A stretch of DNA of 63,281 nt, filler included, from Octopus bimaculoides (taxonomy: Eukaryota), in the NCBI RefSeq assembly GCF_001194135.2. It is 6 parts of 5 records of this genome, joined end to end, with 100 filler letters (N's around TTAATTAATTAA, not from the genome) between each part and the next. Parts side by side here need not be neighbours in the genome. Positions count along the whole stretch, not along the records: positions 25,038 to 52,528 come from NC_068981.1; 5 more parts are not named here. The stretch is one strand, 5' to 3'. Positions 38,881-52,505 of this stretch are shown here, piece after piece. The notes below the pieces were generated by a model. It searched no databases and was not told the DNA's origin. It worked only from the letters and a program-made list of their open reading frames with translations. Position 1 is the stretch's first letter. Each line of letters opens with the position of its first letter. Made by a program: the position numbers and the translations under genes.

Positions 38881-38990
38881 TTCACCCTGATGATGGGCCT
38901 CTGTGCCTGAAATATATAAAGGTTATTCAATTTTCAATTTTCGCATTGTTAGAAACTCTCATTCTCAATTATTTGTTATTTTACTTCTGT
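38881..38990 (+). ncRNA. Minimal hammerhead motif in a PLE-like terminal repeat
   Basis: ACC-CTGATGA-T-GGGC-CTCTGT-GCCT-GAAA-TATATAAA-GGT: intact CUGAUGA and GAAA, 4-bp stem II, palindromic stem III; stem I register imperfect. Confidence 0.6.
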
Positions 38991-39194
38991 ATCACAATGT
39001 TTCAAGCAAATTACGACGCTCTCCGGGAAATATATTGATAATGTAGAAATATATTGATTTGTAGAGATAAGGTGAGGAAGAATTTGGAGACATGAATGCT
39101 ACTTCATTGAGTACCTGAGCCTATATAATGGTGATTGAAAAGATTCTGGGATATAACCACCATCGAAGAATGTTTTGCATCTTCAAAAAATCTA

Positions 39195-39300
39195 AATCTT
39201 TACAAGGTGAAAATTTGCACTTATTCTATAGTGAAGATCACATGCTACGACGGAGAAACCTCTACTCTAACTTGGATTATATGAAGGAGAGGGGAAAATA
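39195..39300 (+). mobile_element. Old RTE-like C-terminal fragment
   Basis: LYKVKICTYSIVKITCYDGETSTLT resembles the RTE K.KIY.S.V...LYG.ETWT.T motif. Confidence 0.4.
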
Positions 39301-39500
39301 TATGTCTAATCATCTGGTCACTAAATTATCTGACTACTGACTTACCGTAGAGTAGCAGCATTACTTTTACTACGCAGTAAATAATGGAAACACATGAAGT
39401 ATAACAAAATAAATAGTTTTTTAATTCTAAAGAAACCGAACTGGCGAGGTTAAGATGAGCGGAAGAAGAGTTAAACTTTGCAGGATGGATTAAAAGAAAG

Positions 39501-39725
39501 TACAGCAATCCCTCGACTATCGCGGGTATTACGTTCCAAAATACCGCGATAGGTGAAAATCCGCGAAGTAGAAACAGTATTGTAATGTATATTTTTATTT
39601 TCATTTTTTATAATTTGTATATATTTATTTTATCATAAATGCAAAACAACACCACGGAGGAATCAATGTAAGCTTAAATAATAAACCACGATATGTGAAC
39701 CGCAATATGGCGAGGGATTACTGTA
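39501..39725. mobile_element. pogo/Tigger-type MITE
   Basis: TA|CAGCAATCCCTCGACTATCGCGG ... CCGCAATATGGCGAGGGATTACTG|TA: TIRs and TA target duplication. Confidence 0.85.
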
Positions 39726-40043
39726 ATTTAAATCTACCAGAAAAAATATGCTCAACAGAGGACAGAACCCCCCCCCCAAAAAAAAAAGCAATGAAATACG
39801 AAACCAGTATAAAAATTCAGTTTTTAGTTCAATAAAGCTTATGGCATGCCCAACTCTGTATATAGGACACAGGGCGATATTTTGAGACACTTCTTTGGGG
39901 AAATAAGTGCCTCTTATATTACATCAAATGCAGTATATTAAGTGTACAATGATTTTTAAGAATAACTTGGCCCTTTTAATGTTCATTGCAAGCTTTCCGT
40001 TTATCCTTTTCTCTTCATTGATGAAACAGTGTTTGCTATTGAT

Positions 40044-40718
40044 CAGTGGTTCTCAACCGAGGTCTACATGACCCGTGAGAGTCCGTTTAAGATTTTATTG
40101 TTAAAATGTATGTACAATAAGGCGCAGGAGTGGCTGTGTGGTAAGTAGCTTGTTTACCAACCACATGGTTTTGGGTCCAGTTCCACTGCGTGGCACCTTG
40201 GGCAAGTGTCTTCTACTATAGCCTCGGGCCGACCAAAGCCTTGTGAGTGGATTTGGTGAACGGAAACTGAAAGAAGCCCGTCGTATATATGTATATATAT
40301 ATATGTATGTGTGTGTATATGTTTGTGTGTCTGTGTTTGTCCCCCCAACTTCGCTTGACAACCGATGCTGGTGTGTTTACGTCCCCGTAACTTAGCGGTT
40401 CGGCAAAAAGAGACCGATAGAATAAGTACTAGGCTTACAAAGAATATGTCCTGGGGTCGATTTGCTTGACTAAAGGCGGTGCCCCAGAATGGCCGCAGTC
40501 AAATGACTGAAACAAGTAAAAGAGTAAAAGAGTAAAAAGAGTAATAAATTTTGTTATACTTCTACAATACACAAAATATATTAACAATTTTGCTTTTATA
40601 TAATTCCCAATCATATTTGATTATATAAATATAATAGGATTGTTTAAACATTGAAATGGCTATGAAGATCCACTCGAGTAAAATAGGAACGAAAAGGGTC
40701 TATAGGTAAAAACCACTG
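40044..40718. mobile_element. hAT (Charlie-like) non-autonomous element interrupted by a SINE
   Basis: TIRs CAGTGGTTCTCAACC / GGTAAAAACCACTG; flanks CTATTGAT / CTTTAGAC match at 5 of 8 positions (degenerate 8-bp TSD). Confidence 0.65.
40121..40542 (+). mobile_element. SINE family A, full length
   Basis: GGCGCAGGAGTGGCTGTGTGGTAAG tRNA-like head, internal (TA)/(TG) tract, (AAAGAGT)n tail, AATAA on both sides. Confidence 0.9.
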
Positions 40719-41127
40719 CTTTAGACAAATTCTATCTCTTCACTTGTCCTTGACGAAACGGTTGATTCCCTAATCGTTTCAGGGAAAGTAGATAATAAGG
40801 AAAACTAAATCGTATTATTGAATGTAATACGTGGAAATAAAACGCAAAAATATTCTTTGATATGTTCTTTGCAGTATAAGCTGGTTTTCTTAAATTTTGA
40901 TTTTTTAAAAACTTCGACAGATATGAAATAAATCGTGTTAGTTCGAAGTAGATTAACCAATAAACAATAAAAAGTAGAAAAAAAAAATCGATAAGAAAAA
41001 ATTGGCAGTCTTCGACTTCTTTCCTATCCATGTGGTACTTTTTAGCCTAATATTCTTTGTGTTATTATTTATAGTTTTATCTCCTTCGAGTTCTACCATT
41101 GATATGATTTATTCCTTGATATATTGA

Positions 41128-41339
41128 TTTCAAATTTTGGCACGAGACCAGCAGTTTCAGAGGAGGGGTAAGTCGATTAAATCGACACCAGTCGTCATCT
41201 GGTACTTATTTTATCGAACCCCGGAAGGATGAAAAGCAAAGTCGACCTCTGCGGAATTTGAACTCAGAAAGTAAAGACGGACGAAATGTCGCAAAGCATT
41301 TTGCCGGCGTGCTAACGATTCTGCCTACTCGCTGCCTTT
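41128..41339 (-). mobile_element. SINE family B (left member of head-to-head pair)
   Basis: Reverse complement of the family B consensus; head ends CTCGCTGCCTT. Confidence 0.85.
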
Positions 41340-41364
41340 GTTCCTTGTTATATTTCTTAATTTC

Positions 41365-41561
41365 AAGGCGGCGAGCTGGCAGAATCGTTTGCATGCCAGG
41401 AAAAATGCTTAGCGGCATTTAGTCCGTCTTTTGCGTTCTGAGTTCTAATTCCGTCGAGGTTTACTTTGCCTTTCGTCCTTTCTGGGTTGGTAATATAAGT
41501 ACCAGTTGAATACTGGGGTCGATTTAATCGACTTAGCCCACACCACCCCAAAATTTGAAAC
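41365..41561 (+). mobile_element. SINE family B (right member of head-to-head pair)
   Basis: AAGGCGGCGAGCTGGCAGAATCG...GAGTTCTAATTCC...AAGTACCAG...GTCGATTTAATCGACTTA. Confidence 0.85.
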
Positions 41562-42345
41562 CGATATATTTATTAATTTTAAGAAAATCTATATAGTAAA
41601 TCAAAATAGAGAAAACAGTGCATACGTGTTACTAACTTTGTTTTAGTTTTCCTCTGCGACTGACTCCGTCTTAAATCCAATGTTTAGTTTCAGAATGATA
41701 AAAACCAATATTCTGATCTTTATAATTATTCTACTAATTAATTTCTACACATGTCTGCATGTCAGAAAGTATCTCAAACGACTATCCCGAAATCCGAAGA
41801 AAAGAAGACAAAAAAGGAAAAAGAAAAAAAGAACAACTTGATGTCAATGTTAACCGCGACCACAAAATCAACAATGACAATAACATGAATAGTAACTGCA
41901 ACAAAATGAATTCTTTAATATATANNNNNNNNNNNNNNNNNNNNNNNNNNNNNNNNNNNNNNNNNNNNNNNNNNNNNNNNNNNNNNNNNNNNNNNNNNNN
42001 NNNNNNNNNNNNNNNNNNNNNNNNNNNNNNNNNNNNNNNNNNNNNNNNNNNNNNNNNNNNNNNNNNNNNNNNNNNNNNNNNNNNNNNNNNNNNNNNNNNN
42101 NNNNNNNNNNNNNNNNNNNNNNNNNNNNNNNNNNNNNNNNNNNNNNNNNNNNNNNNNNNNNNNNNNNNNNNNNNNNNNNNNNNNNNNNNNNNNNNNNNNN
42201 NNNNNNNNNNNNNNNNNNNNNNNNNNNNNNNCCTCCTCTTGTTGTTTCTCTCTCCCACCTCTCTCTCTTCCTCACTCCCCTCCTCTCCCTGTCCCTTTCT
42301 CCTTTCTTGTCTCTGTCCGCCTGTCTGTCTGTCTGTCTGTCTGTC

Positions 42346-42381
<36 letters not shown>

Positions 42382-42847
42382 CCTCTCTGTCTTTCTGTCT
42401 TTCTCCGTTATTACACCAAATATTTTATCGTTGCAATGGTGTGACAGCAGTGACGTTGTTTTATTATTACTGCAACAACCGAATCATCTTTCATTAAGAC
42501 TGTTAATTTTTATCACAGACTTTGTGCATCGCAGATGTAGGAAATGACGGGCACATACTAACATTTTTAACGACACAATAGCCTAGAAATGTAAATATTT
42601 ATTTTACCATGTAATCTAAACAAAACACACACACACACACACATACACGTACACATGCAGACACACTGATGCGCAGACAAATACACAAATACATTACAAC
42701 ATGCATAGACTCGTACTTACATTCTTACGCGTGCACACAGACATATATATATATAGAGAGAGAGACATACTCACATCAACAGACATCTTCCAATTGTCTA
42801 TATTTATCTATATGTATGTACGTATATTATATGTGCATGTATGTATG

Positions 42848-42907
<60 letters not shown>

Positions 42908-43969
42908 CATACGTACATACATACATACATATATTATGTATGCATGTATATAGGTATATATCGAGAGAGAGAGAGAGAGAGATTGAAAGACAAACAGACA
43001 GACAAATTGACAGACAGGCTAATAGACAGACAGACAGACAGATAGATAGATAGATACATACATACATACATACATACATACATGCATGCATACATACAAA
43101 GAGACACCATAAGATGCATACGCTGAATGAGATACACATTCACGCACATACATATACACGCCGTCACTAAGAGAGAGACACACATTTACGAAGGAAAGTG
43201 CATATATATATATAAATGGTAATGTTTTCTTGCGGAAAGGACTGCAGTTGTAGAAAGAAAAAAAAAAAGAAGTATACAAGAATCCAATAAAAATAAAATA
43301 GCAAACATAGAAAAAGAAACAGATGGTGAAGCGGTCCTAAACGAAATCTTTGCCAGCACCAAAATATAAAGATGAGTTGAATAACTAAACTACTGGTTTG
43401 TTGACATATTTCTAGACTGTACTTAAGATATATCATAAACATGGGAAATAAGTTTAATAGAATTTCTCACGCAGATTAAAGCTGGTTTAGGTGTGGTTAT
43501 AATTTTATATATTAGCAAGCAACATAACTAAATTAAGTGAAGTCTACAGAGAACAATATGGAATTGTCTAAACAAAAAATTTCAAACACCTTTAATGGTT
43601 TGGTAACGAGAGAGAGAGACAGGAAACAGAAGCGAGCGAGAGAGAGAGAAGGAAGAGAGAGAGAGAGAGGGGAAGGCAAAAAAAGCAAGCACAGATATTG
43701 CTTTGATATTACATATTACATATTATTTATGAAAGGAAAGAAGAAAAATAATGAAACAAATTCAACCAGGCTTCTTTGCTATTTTTTGTTTTTGTATTTG
43801 CTTCTGCACTCATGTCAATTATATAAGAAAGGATGCGTTATACGCAGACGCACACATTGCACGCATACACATAGACATGTACATGCGCTTTTCATGCACA
43901 TGCATATATATATATATATATACTCCACCTTCTCCTCTCTCCAATATTCTATTGTATTTCTCTTTCTTC

Positions 43970-44734
<765 letters not shown>

Positions 44735-45121
44735 TACGTTGTCGTCATCGCTGACATAATCACATTTTCCCCCGCCAGCCTTGTCGTCGTCGGTGTCCTG
44801 TCCAACTATGGCGTCATCTACCCGTGTAATAATATTCGCTGACTGAAGTCAGCAGCCATTGTACTTCATTATCATAATAACTTTTATCGCCATCCTCCTT
44901 ATTATACTAATCATTGACGATTTCTGTTATTATCATCACCGAAACACTACTTCTCTATTATCAGCGCTATTATATTTGGCGAATAACATACCGCTAAAAA
45001 CATTTCATCATGATGATACGGTCACACCATGATTGCCGAAGAATTTATGAACAATGCTTTCAGCGGTGGGTGGAGGGGGGTGTAAAAAAAAAGAAATAAA
45101 ACAAAGACAAAACAGACAAAC

Positions 45122-45158
<37 letters not shown>

Positions 45159-47720
45159 GCAATGAAAAGAACAAGTAACAGACAAGAAAAATCTAACAAT
45201 GTCTAACAAAGAATGGTAGTAAAATTAACGAAATGAGCACAAAGCAGATATAAGATGTACTCAGTGGCCATTTTAATGAATCAATCCTGGAAGGGTGAGT
45301 CATATCAGAATGATTTTCTATATAAAGCAGACAGCAAGCTGCAGCGGATATAATTGGTAGTTCGATTAAAAATTAGAATAAGCAAAAGCGAATGATCAAA
45401 GCGACTTTGAGGCTATGTGATCGCTGGTGCATTGCATTTTTCCGGTGCATTATTATTTGTTTCCTCAATAATCAGAATATTGATATTTTTCAAACTTCTG
45501 ACAAATTAAAAAATTATTGGCTGCCAGTTTAAGCATGAATTGCTCTCTTGGTTACCAAACATAATGGAATAATATGATATCATATTTAATATACATACAT
45601 GAATGCCCCTCCTACCGTATATGTATGTATACATGCATGTATGTATGTTTTTATATTTATATGTATGTCCATATATGCATATTTATATGACTATATACAT
45701 ATATATATATATACATATATATATATGTATATGAGAGAGAGGGGGAGACAGGCAGACAGACAGAGGGTGTGTATGAATGTATGAAAGTATGTGTGTATAT
45801 AATGGTAATATATGTTTTATAATTTTGTGGCAATTGTCCCGAGAGTTTATTAAGTTCTTTGATTCAAGTGCAGAGCAGAACTTTCTGTACGTCATAAATT
45901 TTAGCATTTATAGAAATTGCAACCAAACAACAAACCCTGATAGTAATTTATTAAAAGAGAGATTGATATAATCTGAAAGTTTAAAACTTATAACTCATGT
46001 ATAAATTATCTCAAGCTTATACGAATAGATAGATCGATGGGTAAGACTTTCAAATAATGTTTAACTGATGTCATCTAAAACGAATATATCCATATATAAA
46101 CTATGGTTGCAGGCCAGGACTAATTGTATTGTGATCTCATCGGTTAGAGAAAGTTCAAAAAGAGGAAAGTATTGATTCAGTAATTTATCTCTATATTGAT
46201 TTATTTCATCATATTGATGGTGCTGTGGTCGTTGATATTGTTGTTTAGTTCCAATTCACTCTTGATTGAACACACATAAACATCCCGCCTTTTTCGTTTC
46301 AGACACCGTGCACTCCAAAGTACACTACTGTTGGCTTATGTATCCTAATGTTTTTAAGACGGCAGCGTGATTTGAGGGAGGTTTGGCTGCTATTTATAGC
46401 AAATTGAACCACCATTCAGATCCTTCTTCATTCGCTCGATACTGATGTTATTGTTTACATATGCATTTTAATAGTTTTAATGACAAGTTGTTAACAATCA
46501 ATGTATAAAACTAATGTCAATTATTAATAAACTAAAATAAGAGCAACAATAACTATCCATTATGATATATTATGAGCAATAAAGAAACCTATCAAGCGAC
46601 AAAGACTTACATATCCTCAACTGTGTCTACTCTGCATCAAGTGGAGTGGAGCGTGGCCTGTGAGTGTCTTATAGTTACTCAACTCGAACAACACAAGAAA
46701 GTGACAGCGTTTTGCTTGCACTCCAGTTGAAGTTTTTAACTGGCAGTAACAATGTATCGCCTAATTCACGCCAGCATGTTAACTCGCATCGGTATACTCT
46801 ACGCTCTGAATTCAAATTTTGTTAGGGTCGGCTTTACTGCTCATCTTTCTAGAGATGATGTAACAAAGATCCTGTCAAGTAAATTAGGTCGAGTAATCGA
46901 TTAAAACCTTTTTAAAAATTGCAAGACTTTGGGTCTCCGTTAGAAGAGCACGGCTGTTAGTAATGTGACGGTAGCTGACTGCTGCATTACTGCTGCTCAA
47001 AGCCCAAACCGGTGACGAATAAATGCATATAGTATACTTATGTATGCCATATGTCCACATTCTACATTCAGTATCTTATTCTACACACATCAGTCTAAAA
47101 TTTGATTTACTTTTAGTCTTCCATCTCTCTTCACCTTTTTCTTTCGCGATTCACAAGAGGATATAAATCTTCAAACATCAAAGAAGCTAGAAACAATTCA
47201 GTAAAGCGTAGGTAAAGCAGTTCTACAAAGTATATGATTCCTTTATCTCTGTTATCTTTGTTCAGTAAACAGTTTTGATATTTCATACAAAAGCTCATGT
47301 GTTTGCTCCATGAACAAATAAGTGCAGCCATAGCAGACTCGCTAACAAGTTCGCCTCGCAGCTATGTGCTTACATCTTGTATAAATGTCTTGATATATAT
47401 CCTGCAGTTGACTAATATCTTTCTTATATTGTGGCGGCAAAGCTAAATATTGTCTTCCTGGTGTCTGACACGCACGATCTGTAGAAACTATTTACTATTT
47501 TCTCATAAGGAAGCTAAGACTTTCTGTCAGTTTAGAGTTGCTTCGCTTGGTATCTGATACTCAGAAGAGCTTAAAAAGTCGAAATGAACCTACCAGTCCT
47601 GAGAGTTTGCTGAACTGACTTTGATGTGTTTGCACCTTTTGCGTAAAGCGAAAATTTTCCTCCATGGCTAGTAAATGCCTCTTTACTGGTCAAAGTTTGT
47701 TTATATATACATACATACAT

Positions 47721-49595
47721 GTTAAAGAAGTCTGATGGATATCTCACCGGTTCACGAGGAAACAAAAATACTAAAATTACACACTGTTTCTTTATGGATT
47801 ACGTAAAACTTTATGCAAAGAATATGTATGAGATGAAAAAGAGCCTTGACCTAGTTACACCATTCTCAAAGGATGTAGGATTGGAGTTTGGACAGGGTAA
47901 ATGTTGCTATATGGTTGTGAAAAGGGGAGAACCTGTAAACCAGACTAGTAACATCTCCATCAATGATTTAACTGTTTCCTCTGGATCTGATGAGGAATAT
48001 TACAGGTGTCTAGGGGTGGATGAAAATATATCTCACAATGACACTTGTAACAAAACACGTGTCACTAGAGAATATTACAGCCGAATAAAGAAAATTTAGA
48101 CCTCAGAACTCTCTGCATTCAATTAAACAGTAGCCCACAATGTGTTCGCAATGCCGTTACTTATACCAATATTTGGGCTATTTGAGTGGACGATTGATGA
48201 GATCCGAGCCATTGATGTGAAAACCCGAAAAATACTAACAAGCACATATAATTTCGACATAAACAGTGACATAGACCGCCTCTATCTAAAGCGAAAACAA
48301 GGCGGCAGAGGCTTAACGTCGATCCAAAATGCCTTTGAATATCGCATCATATCCCTTCGGCAACATCTTTTAACCACCAAACGTCGAAGTGCATCCCTTG
48401 GCCAAGTTTGCATACATGAGACTGATAACATCATAAGACTTGGAGGCCAGCTCCTTGAACAACACTCTTTGTCTGATAACCTAGAATACATACCCCAAAA
48501 AATCGCACAACTCTGCCACAACGTATCATGAGATGAAAGGATGAGCCTATATGAACGGAAGACTATGCACGGATGTGTTAGTAGAAAGCTCCGTGATGAT
48601 AGTAACATCGATCATCAAAGCAGTTTATCATGGACCAATATCCGGATTACTACCTCCCACCTTGAAGGGTATGCGTTTGCAATCCAGGAATAGGAAATAT
48701 CAACCAATTACCTGATGCCCAAAAGGGATACGGCTGCAGGAAAAGCACTAAAATGTGACATCTGATGCAGACTTTGGGGAGTTCACACTGAAGATATCAC
48801 ACACATCATAAGCAGTTGTCTGAAAATGACATCACGGTATTATCTACCGATGAGCCATGATGTTGTAACTAGGACACTATAATGAAATCCGTCGGAAGGA
48901 TAATCCCGAGGACAAAGAAATAAGAACCCACAATATGTTAGAAGCCATAGCCACTCATAATAAAAAGGAATACTGGTGGAATGTAACAGTGAATACCTCA
49001 ACAAAATGTAAGCACAACAGACCTGATATAATGATTTGAGATAGAGAAGAGAAACTGTGCACAGTTGTGGAAATTAGCTGCCCTGCGGATATTAACATAA
49101 AGTTGAAGATGAGTAAAAAAGAGAACGCCTATGCTGAACTATTGAGAAATCTGCAGTTACTCTATCCAGATTACAAGTTCAGGTTTATACCGGTAATTAT
49201 TGGGGCCCTGGGATATGTAACACACTGCCTAAATACCAATCTTGAGAAATTATGCTTCCCAAAACAAGAAATGAGAAAGCTAATTCGAAGACTACAGATC
49301 CAATCCATCACTGGAACTGTAAAAATCTGTAAAACTTTCCAGAAGTTTATCATTTAAATATATATGAGCATCATCTAGATATGCAACTATATGCATGAGA
49401 ATACATACATAAAGCATACAAATCTGCACATACATACGCACATAAATACATACATACATACATACATACATACATACATACAAACAAAAATACCCTGTTG
49501 TTGATGTTGAAATTTCAGTAAAGGTGTCATGGATCTAGGTTAGAAACCGGTTCTATCTCTATTTGCAAGAAATCTAGAAATAAACTGAATAATGA
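47721..49595 (+). mobile_element. 5'-truncated R4/Dong-like RLE retrotransposon in a (TACA)n site
   Basis: FMDYVKLYAK (RT), GLEFGQGKC, DIDRLYLKRKQGGRGL, CRLW...EDITHIISSC (zinc knuckle), RPDIMI*DREEK.CTVVEISCP...IPVIIGALG (RLE); several stops; TACA repeats at both ends. Confidence 0.9.
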
Positions 49596-49610
49596 TATAC
49601 ATACATACAG

Positions 49611-49790
49611 ATATACCTCCATAATGAGCAGAACTTACTTGCAGGTATTGGTAGTGCAAATCAGAGGTGCAATCTGTGTGGGTGTTTTTTCAAAAGACTG
49701 TCTGGTTTAAAAAGCCACACCAGACGCCATGAACGGGCTAAGGTGTAGGTGCAGGAGGTGGTCAAACTCTGTGTAAGGAGTAGACAACCA
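49611..49790 (+). mobile_element. C2H2 zinc-finger-encoding stub, probably the 3' end of an RTE-type LINE
   Basis: CNLCGCFFKRLSGLKSHTRRH (49668-49730) is exact C-x2-C-x12-H-x3-H; stop at 49746-49748; short UTR then (TA)n. Confidence 0.5.
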
Positions 49791-49802
49791 CTATATACTA
49801 TA

Positions 49803-49845
<43 letters not shown>

Positions 49846-50339
49846 TGTATGCGTGTGTGTATGTGTGTGTGTAATAATATTTGCTTTTGTGTGACAGTTT
49901 TATACAAAAACAATTTACGATTAAAAACGTAGAATTACTTATTACGTTTTAGTTGAGTGCTTGTTTATTAAACTTTTACAAGAGTGGTGTCAGTGACCTC
50001 GAAGTTCCAGCTTACTACTGTTCGTCGGACTGTCAAATATGTGTGCATATGTGTGTGCGCGCACATGTCTGTGTGTGTTTGCGTGTGTGTCTGTGTGTCT
50101 GTGTGTCTGTGTGTCTGTGATAGTATAACGTAGCATAGTATATACTAGATTTGACCATTCGTGGTGGCATGTACGCTCGTTTTCTGGAAATCGAAATGGA
50201 GCGTCGGACGAAAAGGATTAAAAATTACGCCCATAAAGTATGGAAGGCAAAGTGACCTCGATGGAACTTTTGTATTACATAATGAAAATAACCAATAAAG
50301 AATTTGGAGGTGTATACGTTTCTTTTATTATTTGTTTCT

Positions 50340-50510
50340 GTCTTTGACCCACGGTGATGCTGGGTCAGCTCTTGAAGAATTTTAGTCGAACATACGGGCT
50401 TTTGTACTTACTTTGAAGTCTAGTACTTATTCAATAGCTTCTGATTTGCCGAATCGCTAAGTTACAGGGACCTAAACACAACAACACCGGTTGACAAGCG
50501 GTGAAGTAGA
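50340..50510 (-). mobile_element. SINE family A, 3' fragment
   Basis: AAGTCTAGTACTTATTC...GCCGAATCGCTAAGTTACAGGGACCTAAACAC matches reverse complement of 40360-40435. Confidence 0.7.
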
Positions 50511-50694
50511 AACAAACACAAGCACAAACACAAGCAGAAATACAAACACAAACACAAGCACAATATTTAACTGCACACACACACACATACACACACACAC
50601 ACACACACATTTCATCATGTTGAACCGTTAATCCCTACACATTTTTTGCTTTCTCTGCCTTTTTCGTTCTCTCTCCAGTTTTCACCTCTTAGTC

Positions 50695-50730
50695 CTTTCT
50701 GTCGAAGAGCGTAGGCTCGAAACGTCAAAG
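50695..50730 (+). ncRNA. Minimal hammerhead motif with variant core (CUGUCGA)
   Basis: CTTT-CTGTCGA-A-GAGC-GTAG-GCTC-GAAAC-GTC-AAAG: perfect stems I and II, loop-less ACGU stem III, GUC cleavage triplet. Confidence 0.7.
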
Positions 50731-51427
50731 AATTTTCCATTCTTTCGGTAAGTTTGAACTATATATATATATATNNNNNNNNNNNNNNNNNNNNNNNNNN
50801 NNNNNNNNNNNNNNNNNNNNNNNNNNNNNNNNNNNNNNNNNNNNNNNNNNNNNNNNNNNNNNNNNNNNNNNNNNNNNNNNNNNNNNNNNNNNNNNNNNNN
50901 NNNNNNNNNNNNNNNNNNNNNNNNNNNNNNNNNNNNNNNNNNNNNNNNNNNNNNNNNNNNNNNNNNNNNNNNNNNNNNNNNNNNNNNNNNNNNNNNNNNN
51001 NNNNNNNNNNNNNNNNNNNNNNNNNNNNNNNNNNNNNNNNNNNNNNNNNNNNNNNNNNNNNNNNNNNNNNNNNNNNNNNNNNNNNNNNNNNNNNNNNNNN
51101 NNNNNNNNNNNNNNNNNNNNNNNNNNNNNNNNNNNNNNNNNNNNNNNNNNNNNNNNNNNNNNNNNNNNNNNNNNNNNNNNNNNNNNNNNNNNNNNNNNNN
51201 NNNNNNNNNNNNNNNNNNNNNNNNNNNGGTTCTACTTCCAATACCTTGACTCTCACACGCCTGTCCAAAATTTGATTTACTCTTCGACCACCTCCCTCTC
51301 TTTTCACACAGGGTGTCGGAACAAACAAATACCACGAGACAATCTATCGAACGCTCCGATGACTTTGCCAATTCATCACCTTTGTATGATATAAAAAAAA
51401 GATAGAAATTAATAACAGCCAGTTATC

Positions 51428-51488
<61 letters not shown>

Positions 51489-51629
51489 AATAATAATAAT
51501 AATAATAAGGAGTGAAATTTGTTAGACAAAAACTTTGTAGAAACTCGTCTGAAGGACTATTTTTATACTTGTGTGGGAGACTTAATTTGAATCCAGTTTA
51601 ACACTAGCGCCTGATGTTTTAGTATCATT

Positions 51630-51825
51630 AAGACAGTGAGCTAGTGCAATTGTTACAGCATCGGGCAAAATCTTTAGCGGCATTTTTTTCCGGCTCTTTA
51701 CGCTCTCAGTTCAGATTCCGTCGAGGTCCACTTTGCGCTTCATTCTTTCGGGGTTGATAATGCGGTCGATGTAATCGACTTGCTCACTACCATGAAAATT
51801 GCTGGCCCTGTGCCAAAATCAAAAA
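51630..51825 (+). mobile_element. SINE family B
   Basis: TAAGACAGTGAGCTAG...CAGTTCAGATTCCGTCGAGGTCCACTTTGCG...GCGGTCGATGTAATCGACTT. Confidence 0.8.
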
Positions 51826-52233
51826 AGTATTATTTGTATTGTTGTTGCTATAAAGTTACGCTTTCATCACTTTGCGGCAGATAAAATAGAGCACCTGAAT
51901 CGACGGTACCGACGAATCCCTCGAAAAACTGCTGAGCTGCTGCCTATATGAGAAACCATTAAAATTATTATTGTTGTTGTTTGATGAAAACTCTCGCCTT
52001 ATTTTGCAGGGTATGATGGAAAGTGTCAGCTGTCCACAGCCAGTAGACTAAGGTGACAGTTGTTTACTGGTCATGCTTCAAGAACCCTACGATTATTATT
52101 ATTGAGGTAGAAATTTTCTTTCATCCTTTTCGGAGTCGATTAAGAGAACTTGGGTTGATGTAATCGACATGCGCCTTCCCCAAAATTTCAGGCCTTGGGC
52201 GTATAATAGAAAAGATTATCATTATTATTATTA

Positions 52234-52286
<53 letters not shown>

Positions 52287-52505
52287 GTTCAGTAGTTTTA
52301 TTTTATAACGTGCTTTCACTTCACTACCGAGCGCAGCTCTGTACGCCTTGGGTATGTGCTGTGGTTTGCTGTGGTGCTCTTATGTTTACTGTATTGAAAG
52401 TGTTTTGCGTAGAATGTGTGCAATACCCAGTAGTGCAATTCTCTGTATGTTATATATATTTGTAAGTCCTGGTGTTTTTGTTATGTATTTGTCTGAATAT
52501 TTTTT
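52287..52505 (-). mobile_element. R4/Dong-like 3' end in (TAA)n (second copy)
   Basis: Near-identical to 37190-37406; (TTA)n immediately to the left. Confidence 0.85.
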
